A stretch of 33,346 nucleotides of DNA, taken from positions 1 through 33,346 of IMG/VR virus record IMGVR_UViG_3300032330_001210. The stretch is one strand, 5' to 3'. Every line of letters starts with the position of its first letter. Position 1 is the stretch's first letter. The notes under the pieces were generated by a model. That model saw only the letters and a program-made list of their open reading frames with translations. It searched no databases and was not told the origin of the DNA. The DNA comes from a virus. Its lineage: Duplodnaviria; Caudoviricetes. Of the stretch, positions 8,160 through 15,585 are shown in pieces. Both the position numbers and the translations under genes were made by a program.

Positions 8160-8252
8160 TTACCAGTTCCGAATCCATCCGATCGACATGGCAAAAAGAG
8201 CCACGACGATGGTGGGAATTGCGATCTGTGTGAGGATTGTGAGTGTTTGCAT
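8160..8252 (-). CDS. Small single-TM peptide (30 aa, MQTLTILTQIAIPTIVVALFAMSIGWIRNW)
   Basis: Manual translation; A-rich leader, one hydrophobic helix, fills the gap. Confidence 0.5.
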   Translation of the reverse strand: MQTLTILTQIAIPTIVVALFAMSIGWIRNW

Positions 8253-8265
8253 GTTTGTTTTTCCA

Positions 8266-8297
8266 AGCCGGTCAGATGGATAGAACATCCGCCGGCT
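8266..8297 (-). other. Intergenic stem-loop downstream of the SSB-like gene
   Basis: AGCCGG-CGGATG / CATCTG-A-CCGGCT stem; no U-tract on the minus strand. Confidence 0.45.
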
Positions 8298-8328
8298 CTA
8301 GTTGGTTAGGATCTCGATTGTCTCCGGG

Positions 8329-8814
8329 TTAAAAGGGGACGTTGTTGCCGTCGCCGTCTTCAGCGCCGATCTTCACGGGCTCGGTGTTGCCTGATCTGTT
8401 GCATTTTCTGACGAAGTCAGGATCCACGGTCACCTTCACCTTCCCCGCGGGAAGCACGGCCTGAACGTTTGCGTAGGTGGATCCGTCGCGTTCCGTGTGG
8501 GTCACAAGGATCTGACAGGGTTTTCCGATCAATGTTTCCAGATCGAGATTCTGGGGCGGCGCCTTCTTTGCGTAGGATTTCAGGTCTTTGAAAAGCGCAG
8601 CCTTTTCATGAAGGCTGAGTCCGTAGCGCCGGCCGATGGTGAAAGGACGACCGTCCTCCATCTTTGCCGCTAACTGCCAGACGATCCTGACCTGGTGCTT
8701 TTTGCCGTACTGGGTTTCGATGATTCCGAGATCTTCCACGTCGCAGAAAACTGCGTCGTGCGATCCTTCGGTCGCTGGCGTGTACGATCCGCCTCTGCTT
8801 GCTACTATTGCCAT
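8329..8814 (-). CDS. Phage single-stranded DNA-binding-like replication/recombination protein
   Basis: Beta-rich, H.AV..DVEDLG, SLHEKA.L, LIGKPCQI; acidic tail ending DGDGNNVPF, typical of SSBs; next to the exonuclease. Confidence 0.7.
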   Translation of the reverse strand: MAIVASRGGSYTPATEGSHDAVFCDVEDLGIIETQYGKKHQVRIVWQLAAKMEDGRPFTIGRRYGLSLHEKAALFKDLKSYAKKAPPQNLDLETLIGKPCQILVTHTERDGSTYANVQAVLPAGKVKVTVDPDFVRKCNRSGNTEPVKIGAEDGDGNNVPF

Positions 8815-8859
8815 ATTTTATTTTTCTTTCTTGGTTTTGGTTTCTTGGATTTGCTTCGA

Positions 8860-9075
8860 CTACTCGTCGTCGCAAAAGTCGTTGCACGCGTGCGGCTGAT
8901 TAAAGTCTTGGAAGTTTCGGTCGGTCAGATCCCATGCAATCTGGTGTTTCCGGGCCAGATCCTTGGCTGTCTCTAGGTCGCCACGGTTCACGGCTTTGAC
9001 CACTCGTTCCGCAGAATTGCGACAGGCCATCACCTCGATGTTTTCGATGAGTCGGAATTTACTGACTTCGCTCAT
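8860..9075 (-). CDS. Hypothetical protein (71 aa)
   Basis: GGAG SD and ATGA overlap. Confidence 0.65.
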   Translation of the reverse strand: MSEVSKFRLIENIEVMACRNSAERVVKAVNRGDLETAKDLARKHQIAWDLTDRNFQDFNQPHACNDFCDDE

Positions 9076-9251
9076 AACTCTCCTTGGTTGTGGTTAAACA
9101 CTCCGAATCCCTCGGCGTTTTCTTTTTGAGTGGTTGGCAATTTCATGAATCCAAAATCATTCCGTTGGTCGAATTCTGTGTCCGGAAATGGCCCCCATAC
9201 GCGCACCACGTATTCGTCGGTCGTTTCGTTCGGTAGTTTGGGAGGGTTCAT
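9072..9251 (-). CDS. Hypothetical protein (59 aa, MNPPKLPNET...)
   Basis: ATG at 9251 overlaps the upstream TGA and has an AAGGA SD; shorter than the ORF-track call. Confidence 0.55.
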   Translation of the reverse strand: MNPPKLPNETTDEYVVRVWGPFPDTEFDQRNDFGFMKLPTTQKENAEGFGVFNHNQGEL

Positions 9252-9580
9252 TTCTTTCCTTTGGTTGCTAGTTTCATGGATTGAATCGTCGTTTTGATTG
9301 CTTCCTGCGTGAGACACTTGGTCGTGAACCTCCACACCCGCCATCCCAGATCCGCGGCGGCACGATATTTTTCGCAGTCTTTCACCATTCCCATCCCGCG
9401 GCCGTGACGGCCTCCGAACGGAAGGAACGCACCGCCGTCCAGTTCAACGGCGCAGCGGGAGTCCACCTGGGCAAAATCAAAACGCCACTTGCGGGTTGGG
9501 TGGAATTTGTATTCCGGGGTGAGCTCCGGCCCGCTGGCCGCCCTCCAAAGCAGAACGAATTTGCTGGCCAGCGCGCTCAT
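9248..9580 (-). CDS. DUF559/Vsr-like PD-(D/E)XK endonuclease (possible resolvase)
   Basis: EYKFHPTRKWRFDFA, AVELDGG, GRH, DCEKY, LGWRVWRFT; start MSAL at 9580 (ATGA overlap). Confidence 0.85.
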   Translation of the reverse strand: MSALASKFVLLWRAASGPELTPEYKFHPTRKWRFDFAQVDSRCAVELDGGAFLPFGGRHGRGMGMVKDCEKYRAAADLGWRVWRFTTKCLTQEAIKTTIQSMKLATKGKK

Positions 9581-9771
9581 TTCTGAAGCTCCGGTGTTAC
9601 ATGCGGCACACCCAACAGACGCCTGTCCGGAGTTCTCCTCCGGCTCCATGCCGTCGCTTCAGCTTGCTGCTTCCACATCCGATCGATTACCGGATCCGAG
9701 TGAAGTTTTACCCGGTTGGTCATCTTTTCAGCGAGATCCGTGATGATCGCCTGAACTTCTGGCTGAATCAT
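9577..9771 (-). CDS. Hypothetical protein (64 aa)
   Basis: ATGA overlaps on both sides. Confidence 0.6.
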   Translation of the reverse strand: MIQPEVQAIITDLAEKMTNRVKLHSDPVIDRMWKQQAEATAWSRRRTPDRRLLGVPHVTPELQK

Positions 9772-9923
9772 CGAAGTGCCCTCAGCAGGTGCTCGATCTT
9801 CTGCAATCGGCGTTCAATAATGTCGAACCGCTCGTCGAGCTGGGAAATCTTCATCCAAACGCGGACTTCCTCGCCTGCAATCTCGGACGGCCTTTCCTGA
9901 TCGCCTAATTCGACCGGGTTCAT
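9768..9923 (-). CDS. Hypothetical coiled-coil protein (51 aa, MNPVELGDQE...HLLRALR)
   Basis: Manual translation; ATGA overlaps on both sides. Confidence 0.6.
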   Translation of the reverse strand: MNPVELGDQERPSEIAGEEVRVWMKISQLDERFDIIERRLQKIEHLLRALR

Positions 9924-10111
9924 TTTGCGTTCCCCTGCTTGGCGACAAAGGCGGTAAGGACTTCAGTCAGCCGGGCCACGTCTGCCTCGAGCTTTTTCAT
10001 TCTGGACTGCATGTCGATCAGTGCAGTTGCGGAAGACCATTCAAATGATCCGACTGATTTGCTTGGCACGACCTGACCGATCACGCCCTCTGCCTCAAGA
10101 TCGCGGATCAT
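9920..10111 (-). CDS. Hypothetical protein (63 aa, MIRDLEAEG...)
   Basis: ATG at 10111 overlaps the upstream TGA; C-terminal coiled coil. Confidence 0.6.
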   Translation of the reverse strand: MIRDLEAEGVIGQVVPSKSVGSFEWSSATALIDMQSRMKKLEADVARLTEVLTAFVAKQGNAK

Positions 10112-10347
10112 CGAATTGCCTTCTTGATCGCGTCGCAGACATGAAATATAACGACCACCCCTGTGGCGATCAGGCCGACGATCATGCAAAGGCCACCAAC
10201 GGCCAGCATGATGAAAACTAATTGCCTAACTAGCTCGATCGAAAGATCGATTATGCCGTGAAAGTAATCGACTGAAACGGCTACGGAATATTTTTTGGAA
10301 AAATTGTCGCTTACACTAAATATTGTATCAAATGGGCGCATGCCCAA
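10108..10347 (-). CDS. Small membrane protein (true start uncertain, probably downstream of 10347)
   Basis: Long hydrophobic stretch LVFIMLAVGGLCMIVGLIATGVVVIF; stop coupled to the next ATG. Confidence 0.5.
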   Translation of the reverse strand: MGMRPFDTIFSVSDNFSKKYSVAVSVDYFHGIIDLSIELVRQLVFIMLAVGGLCMIVGLIATGVVVIFHVCDAIKKAIR

Positions 10348-10389
10348 GACGAATACTGAAGCGGAAATAATCCGTCAACAGTTTTTTTT
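10322..10389 (-). promoter_or_regulatory. Candidate early sigma-70-type promoter region
   Basis: A-tract, then TTGACG (10378-10373), 17 nt, TATTCG; also extended -10 TG-A-TACAAT (10330-10322); at the head of the early gene run. Confidence 0.45.
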
Positions 10390-10397
10390 CGGAACAC

Positions 10398-10898
10398 TTA
10401 AACTTTTTTTTCTCCCAGCTTGGCCCGGGCTTCATGCCGTCTCTTTACGTGCTCTGCTCGGGCTGCCCTTGCCTTCTCTAACCCTGCAAGTTTGGCGGCC
10501 GTGACCTTGGCGCCTCCACGGCGTCCAAGTTCGGCCATGTAGGCGCTCACCGCAGGCGTTAATACTCCACGTTTCACAGTTGGTGGTAATAGCTTGGCAT
10601 GGAACCGATGCAAGCTCCGCGCTCGGAGCGGACACGACTGTTTGCAGGCCGCGCAACCCGGGTTAATTAGCGGCTTTGTGGTCTCCGGTTTATGCAATTC
10701 ATTCAGGTGGACTTTGTGCAAACTGAACGCGTCCGACCTTTCTGATTCAACGAAAGCGAACTGATTTGCGCCTTCCAGTTCGATGTGCCGGATCCTTACT
10801 AAAGCGCCGGCGGCCAAGTGGCATCCGAACTTTGGCGGCCACGTCGTAGGACACCAACGAAACAGCGTTCGATCACCGATGATGTGGGAGGATTTCAT
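10398..10898 (-). CDS. Hypothetical basic protein with CxxC and a KGG-like (MAELGRRGG) motif
   Basis: 166 aa ORF; TACACT lies 7 nt before the ATG (leaderless-promoter geometry). Confidence 0.55.
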   Translation of the reverse strand: MKSSHIIGDRTLFRWCPTTWPPKFGCHLAAGALVRIRHIELEGANQFAFVESERSDAFSLHKVHLNELHKPETTKPLINPGCAACKQSCPLRARSLHRFHAKLLPPTVKRGVLTPAVSAYMAELGRRGGAKVTAAKLAGLEKARAARAEHVKRRHEARAKLGEKKV

Positions 10899-10990
10899 AA
10901 AAGAAAGTGTATCTGCTTCAGTGCGACAAGCTAGTCACTTTTAAAGAATTATCTGATTTGTTGGTTGTCGTTGCTGGACAGCAACAAAAT

Positions 10991-11290
10991 CTATCCTTTT
11001 TGGGATATATTCCGTAGCTTGTAGTAGGGCGCGGGCCGAGTGTATTGCCGACGTGGGCCGTATTTTGAAAAATTCTTTCCCGCTTTAACTAACTGATAAA
11101 ACTTCCGCTTTTCAGCCCTACCTTCCCTTACCATTCGACTCATCATCCGGCTGATCGTCGGGCGTGTATATTTGAAAATCTTTTGCAGATCCTCGATCGA
11201 TTTCCACCCGGGCGGAATCGGTTCAATCCGCCTGCCTGCCAAATGCTCGGCAAGTGCGTTCGCCCAATCCTTTAAATCGGAAGACGCCAT
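10991..11290 (-). CDS. Small winged-HTH DNA-binding protein (99 aa, MASSDLKDW...)
   Basis: GGAGG SD before ATG 11290; SIEDLQKIFKYTRPTISRMMSRMVREG HTH. Confidence 0.7.
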   Translation of the reverse strand: MASSDLKDWANALAEHLAGRRIEPIPPGWKSIEDLQKIFKYTRPTISRMMSRMVREGRAEKRKFYQLVKAGKNFSKYGPRRQYTRPAPYYKLRNISQKG

Positions 11291-12021
11291 TCTCCCTCCA
11301 CAGGACTGACCACATTCACCGTGCAACCTTCCCCGCCGTCCACGTATTCCCCGTAAGCAATCCCATGCGCCCAGCGCGTCACGGAGCGATTGCGGCGGGC
11401 GTAGTGCATTGATCCAATGTCGGCGAGACAACCGATCGACCATCCCACCGGGGCGCCTACGCAACGGCCGGCTGCCCGATCGATCCGGTGTAGGTGGCCG
11501 AACACGACAGGATGGCGCAGACACTCTACGTGGTCGCGGACGGAATTCTCCGAGAACATATAACCGTGACCGAACAGCGTCCCACCAAAGTCCACCCATC
11601 CTTTTTCGATGTCGTACTGGGTAACCTTGGTTTTCATTTCTTTCATGGCGGTCATGAGCTCAGAGATGGCGCTGGTGGCGCAGTGCGCGACGATGGCGCT
11701 GGGACTGTTCTGCATGGAATAAAGCCGATCTTCATGATTGCCCGCCCAAAAGTGGGTGGGTTGAAGTTCACGCAGAAAGCTGATCCCAGCGTCGAAGTCT
11801 TCTCGGATAGATGCCGATCGATCGGTGGCGTTTGGATCCCGCATGGCTCCGGCCCGGAGAGCCGCAAGATCCACCGCATCGCCTAGGTGCATGGTCGTGT
11901 CTCCTGGGCGGATCCAGCGGCGCTTCATTTCGATTGCAGCCTTACAGGCAGCAGCGTTTGCCAGGTGGCCGTGGCTGCATGAAACGGCCAGCCATCGTTT
12001 CCATTTGCGGATCACCTTCAT
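11272..12021 (-). CDS. Calcineurin-like metallophosphoesterase
   Basis: SCSHG (D-x-H variant), LGDAVD, GNHEDR, HG, GHLHR. Confidence 0.88.
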   Translation of the reverse strand: MKVIRKWKRWLAVSCSHGHLANAAACKAAIEMKRRWIRPGDTTMHLGDAVDLAALRAGAMRDPNATDRSASIREDFDAGISFLRELQPTHFWAGNHEDRLYSMQNSPSAIVAHCATSAISELMTAMKEMKTKVTQYDIEKGWVDFGGTLFGHGYMFSENSVRDHVECLRHPVVFGHLHRIDRAAGRCVGAPVGWSIGCLADIGSMHYARRNRSVTRWAHGIAYGEYVDGGEGCTVNVVSPVEGEWRLPI

Positions 12022-12347
12022 TTCTTATCCTCCGCCCCCGGCAACCCGTGCAAGACGGCGAGAATCTGCCGGCACGCCTCTCGGGACGTAGCTGCCGCCA
12101 CGCTGTCGTCCGCTGCACCTTGCAGGGCCATGTCTGCGATCACGCCAAGCTGAAGTTTTAGCGTGTGCATATATGTGCAAAGATCGAGCACCTCATCCCA
12201 CGCATCCTTCCACACCGGCCGACGCCACAGGGCACCGCCGTGCTCGAGCTGGCCCTTCACATATTTCGCCGAGACGTCGTTCGTCAGGTCGTTGATGATT
12301 GTCGCAAGGTGTTTTCTGTGCTCCGGCGACATGACCTCCGGGCTCAT
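12018..12347 (-). CDS. Small all-alpha NTP-pyrophosphohydrolase-like (MazG/dATP-dGTP diphosphohydrolase-like) protein
   Basis: KY.KG..EHG...W.DAWDEVLDLCTY acidic helix motif; ATG 12347 overlaps the endolysin stop. Confidence 0.5.
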   Translation of the reverse strand: MSPEVMSPEHRKHLATIINDLTNDVSAKYVKGQLEHGGALWRRPVWKDAWDEVLDLCTYMHTLKLQLGVIADMALQGAADDSVAAATSREACRQILAVLHGLPGAEDKK

Positions 12348-12850
12348 CGTGAGCTCCATGAGCGGTTTGATACCAGTCCCCTGCCCTTTGCTGCCTTTGG
12401 CTTTTCCACGACTTGTTCCACAGGACTATGTGGAATGTCACGCCATGCCCCATATCGGCCATCTTGTAAGTGACCAGTTTCAAAGCTTATAGCGGTCAGG
12501 TTGAACGTCAGTCCCACGTGTTCCCCGAGGCGGAAGGCGGTTTCGTCGTTCCAGTTTGTATCGAGCAGATCCCCCTTCCCTACTCTCAACGGCACCCAAT
12601 CAAACGCCAGCCCGTAATTGTGATACGACTGCCCGGGCTTTGCCTGTGTGACGATCTTGCCCGGACGCGTCCTGCCCTGCGTGTAAAGCATCGACTGCTC
12701 CTCCATGGTGCGCCGGCCGCAGTAAATCAGCGGCTGGATCCGGCTGTTCTGCATTTCCACCAACCACCCGCGCACCCGCTTTTGAAAGTCCAGATCGAGC
12801 GTTTCAATGCAGCGGAGCGTCCGAGCCGTTGCCTCCGCCACACTTGTCAT
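12344..12850 (-). CDS. Endolysin, peptidase M15 family (L-Ala-D-Glu peptidase-like)
   Basis: RTMEEQ..LY.QGRT, S.HNYGLAFD, E.GHLQ zinc-binding motifs. Confidence 0.92.
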   Translation of the reverse strand: MTSVAEATARTLRCIETLDLDFQKRVRGWLVEMQNSRIQPLIYCGRRTMEEQSMLYTQGRTRPGKIVTQAKPGQSYHNYGLAFDWVPLRVGKGDLLDTNWNDETAFRLGEHVGLTFNLTAISFETGHLQDGRYGAWRDIPHSPVEQVVEKPKAAKGRGLVSNRSWSSR

Positions 12851-13095
12851 TTCCTCGCTCGCTCTCTTTCAGTTTCTGCCAAGCTGTCAGATAGCGCCTT
12901 GAGCGATTGTGCAAAGAGATCTCGATAAGCCTGCGGGCAGGGTTTGTTTGTTCGCTCGGCTTTATCCCATGCGTAGATAAAAAAGCTGACTGTGTCCGGG
13001 CTCGGCGGCGGGCCGTCTTGCGTTTGGCTGACCGTCGCACAGCTTGCCAACCCAAGGCTAAGAATCAGCAGGAGGGCGTTTCGTCCACCACGCAT
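12847..13095 (-). CDS. Outer-membrane lipoprotein, o-spanin-like
   Basis: Signal peptide with lipobox LASC, Pro-rich GPPPSP linker, overlaps the upstream TM gene, in the lysis cassette. Confidence 0.7.
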   Translation of the reverse strand: MRGGRNALLLILSLGLASCATVSQTQDGPPPSPDTVSFFIYAWDKAERTNKPCPQAYRDLFAQSLKALSDSLAETERERARK

Positions 13096-13228
13096 CGATG
13101 TCTCTCAGTCTTTTCCGGCGTTCCAGTTCGATCGCTTCAAAGTTCCGTTGGGTCGGGGTCTTGCGGTTCAGCACGTACAGAGTAATCCCGATTAGCCCAC
13201 TCACCGCCGAAAGAACCGCGGCGATCAT
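13058..13228 (-). CDS. i-spanin-like membrane protein (56 aa, MIAAVLSAVSGLIGITLYVLNRK...)
   Basis: Manual translation; N-terminal TM plus charged helix, overlapping the lipoprotein gene. Confidence 0.55.
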   Translation of the reverse strand: MIAAVLSAVSGLIGITLYVLNRKTPTQRNFEAIELERRKRLRDIDAWWTKRPPADS

Positions 13229-13234
13229 GTTCCC

Positions 13235-13402
13235 TTATTTGCGGGAGATTTTGCTGATAAAATCGACGATCTTTTGCAGGGTCGCTTCCGGCTCGTCCCC
13301 GGGGAACAGAGTGGCGACTGCAACGGCGGCCGTCAGGAGAGCGGTGACTACGCCCAGGATTTGTGTCCCGTGGCTGATTACATAGGATAAAGTATCGTTC
13401 AT
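13235..13402 (-). CDS. Holin-like membrane protein (55 aa, MNDTLSYVISHGTQILGVVTALL...KISRK)
   Basis: Manual translation; TM helix, amphipathic helix, basic C-terminus, upstream of spanins and endolysin. Confidence 0.6.
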   Translation of the reverse strand: MNDTLSYVISHGTQILGVVTALLTAAVAVATLFPGDEPEATLQKIVDFISKISRK

Positions 13403-13417
13403 GCCCTTTGGGCAGTG

Positions 13418-13678
13418 TCAAAGACCAAATCGGCGTTTGATAAGTTCCCACGCCGTGCTGACTACGGCTCCGGAGATCAGCGCAACCAACCACAGCTTCG
13501 TTTTGATCGTGTGAGCTTCGCGTTCAATGTTCGTCAGGCGCCCGTGATATTCTCCCAGGCTGGCCTGCGAACGTTCCAAAAGGTCGAGCACGACTGTCTG
13601 GCGAGTCTCCACCCGTGCCACCGCCTCCCGGACTACGGAAAGGCGCTCAGAAAGTTCGGCGATCTGGTCGGTGCTCAT
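13418..13678 (-). CDS. Coiled-coil protein with C-terminal TM (XhlA/holin-associated-like)
   Basis: Heptad pattern followed by LWLVALISGAVVSTAWELI. Confidence 0.65.
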   Translation of the reverse strand: MSTDQIAELSERLSVVREAVARVETRQTVVLDLLERSQASLGEYHGRLTNIEREAHTIKTKLWLVALISGAVVSTAWELIKRRFGL

Positions 13679-13824
13679 TTCATGTTCGCCCCGGCCGTTG
13701 TGATGCAGAGATACAGCTCGCCTTCCCGATCGACAGGTTCAATGAATCCTTCGTCGATTAGATAGGCGAGAGCATAGAGCTTTTCTTTATCTGGAACAGT
13801 CGCCCAATCGATTTTGCGGGCCAT
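13675..13824 (-). CDS. Hypothetical protein (49 aa, MARKIDWATV...GANMK)
   Basis: Manual translation; ATGA overlap with the next gene. Confidence 0.55.
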   Translation of the reverse strand: MARKIDWATVPDKEKLYALAYLIDEGFIEPVDREGELYLCITTAGANMK

Positions 13825-13827
13825 ATC

Positions 13828-13971
13828 TCAAAACGGTTTTTCACCGCCTGCCCGGGCCGCGTCGCCCATCGTCGGCGTGTTGGTGTTGTGTGTTATGATT
13901 TCAACATGTTGCTGATCGTTAGAGCATGAGCAAAAAATAATGCACAATAAAAATAAACTAATAAATCTCAT
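13828..13971 (-). CDS. Small putative lipoprotein (47 aa, MRFISLFLLCIIFCSCSND...)
   Basis: Manual translation; hydrophobic signal plus FCSC lipobox-like motif. Confidence 0.5.
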   Translation of the reverse strand: MRFISLFLLCIIFCSCSNDQQHVEIITHNTNTPTMGDAARAGGEKPF

Positions 13972-14689
13972 ACTTATCGTTTAGATAGCCTTCAACTTGC
14001 TGGCGTTCTGTTGTTGTTAGGACTCGGTTATATACAACAATCTCGGAAATCTTTCCTGAAAATTTTTCTAGTATATTGCCAGCCTCGCTAAATGCACCTA
14101 TGTGAAAGGCTCCATTATGCGTGTTGTAGCTTTTTGCGGCAAAGTTTGCTTGTGTTCCATTTTTAAACAGTCTTGCCGTAGTTCCGTCATAATCTGCCAT
14201 TCCTAGTAGTAGTTCTTGATTAACAAATGAAGGGCCAGAAAGATCATCACTATAGCCAGCAAGATACGGGCTTGAATCTTGGTCAGTCCTTGACTGGAGC
14301 ATAAAATATGTTCCTGCTTCTGGATCATCTTCATTTGATTGACCAATTACTGTGTTCGAGGGGTTCTCGCTATCAATATAATAAACTACAAACATCGACC
14401 TTGGATTTGTTCCGTTAAATATATTAGCCGTAGTCAGATAGGCATTGCTTGCAAAAACAAGTGCAGGTTTTCCATTTATGCTGTTTGTTTCATAAATTGG
14501 AGATTCAATGGCTGTGGCATTTTTACTATTGCCACTCTGATCTGCCCAAGCGGTTACATTTGAGCCAGATGTAGTGACCCCAGCGTCAGCCTTGAGCCAT
14601 AGAGCAAGTCCGGATAGAGGGATTGGCGATGAAGATGTTTGTTTATTTATGCTGATCGAACTTAGTTTCAATCCAAGGCCAAGTTGCAC
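13958..14689 (-). CDS. LamG/concanavalin-A-like jelly-roll virion protein (putative carbohydrate-binding)
   Basis: LALWLKADAG, WADQSGN, PALVF, FSGKISEIVVYNRVL...VEGYL..KY; AT-rich. Confidence 0.8.
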   Translation of the reverse strand: MQLGLGLKLSSISINKQTSSSPIPLSGLALWLKADAGVTTSGSNVTAWADQSGNSKNATAIESPIYETNSINGKPALVFASNAYLTTANIFNGTNPRSMFVVYYIDSENPSNTVIGQSNEDDPEAGTYFMLQSRTDQDSSPYLAGYSDDLSGPSFVNQELLLGMADYDGTTARLFKNGTQANFAAKSYNTHNGAFHIGAFSEAGNILEKFSGKISEIVVYNRVLTTTERQQVEGYLNDKYEIY

Positions 14690-14692
14690 GGC

Positions 14693-14962
14693 TTAGTTGC
14701 CCCGGGTGTAAGCGATGGCTTTGCCGGTGGCCAGTTGGAAGGCGGTGACAGCAGCAAACACAACGAACCCGGCTGGGAAGGTCACTCCGGTGAGAGCGTT
14801 ACCTGCAAGTGAGGTCTGGCTGACGGATGTGAAAGAGCCGTCGGCGATAAATTGAATGGCCTGAAAGTTGCCAGTCACGACTCCGGTGGTCGTTGATACT
14901 TTGCCACCATATTCACCAACGCTGAGGGACGTGTCCTGATTGATCTGAAAATCGTATGCCAT
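14693..14962 (-). CDS. Small beta-rich virion protein
   Basis: 89 aa, Thr/Ser/Gly-rich, in the tail-accessory region. Confidence 0.7.
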   Translation of the reverse strand: MAYDFQINQDTSLSVGEYGGKVSTTTGVVTGNFQAIQFIADGSFTSVSQTSLAGNALTGVTFPAGFVVFAAVTAFQLATGKAIAYTRGN

Positions 14963-14980
14963 ATATGGGTCACAAGCGTG

Positions 14981-15565
14981 TCAAAGCGGATTGCCGGTGG
15001 CCGTGTCGTAGGTTCCATCATACGACCACCATTCAACTGCGTTCATTGTGCCGGTTGCGGTAATAGGCAAACTATAACTATATGCTCCAACTAGATTTTT
15101 AGTAATGCTACCCATTGTCAGGGTTATTTGATTTGAACCAGAAGAATTGGTTGTTTCCCATTTTATATAGCTATCGCCGCCCTCTGGAACATCACTGAAA
15201 TAAAGTCCAACTTCTATTCCGTATTGATTCAAAATCCCTTCTAAATAAACACCAGTATCATATCCATAACTTGGAACAGGCATTCCTGTATATGCAGACC
15301 CACTTGCTAGCTTGCCACAAACCAGTTGCGATTCATTGGTTGCATTCATCTCTACATCACAACCAATCGACCCAATCACAAGGCCAGAAACATTTACATC
15401 TATTCGCCACTTTCTAACCCGCCAATATGCAGTCATCGCTTGTGCATTTGTGAATAAAGGAGTTTGCCAGTAGTTTCCTTGTGATGGTGGAATTGTGCAT
15501 CTGTTGTTTGGGTCATCTGGGTCGGAGCTTCCGGGGAATAAAAATGGAGCAAGAACTTTTGGCAT
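14981..15565 (-). CDS. Hypothetical tail-associated protein
   Basis: 194 aa, AT-rich core, directly after the fibre gene. Confidence 0.7.
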   Translation of the reverse strand: MPKVLAPFLFPGSSDPDDPNNRCTIPPSQGNYWQTPLFTNAQAMTAYWRVRKWRIDVNVSGLVIGSIGCDVEMNATNESQLVCGKLASGSAYTGMPVPSYGYDTGVYLEGILNQYGIEVGLYFSDVPEGGDSYIKWETTNSSGSNQITLTMGSITKNLVGAYSYSLPITATGTMNAVEWWSYDGTYDTATGNPL

Positions 15566-15585
15566 AAGGATTTCAGCCTTTCGGC

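Noticed and set aside
10991-11599. 202-aa ORF as listed in the track
   Set aside because: The first half overlaps the phosphoesterase in another frame and looks non-coding; an SD-supported ATG at 11290 gives a 99-aa HTH protein
13137-13493. 118-aa minus-strand ORF in the lysis region
   Set aside because: Better explained by short TM-encoding genes in other frames (13235-13402, 13058-13228)
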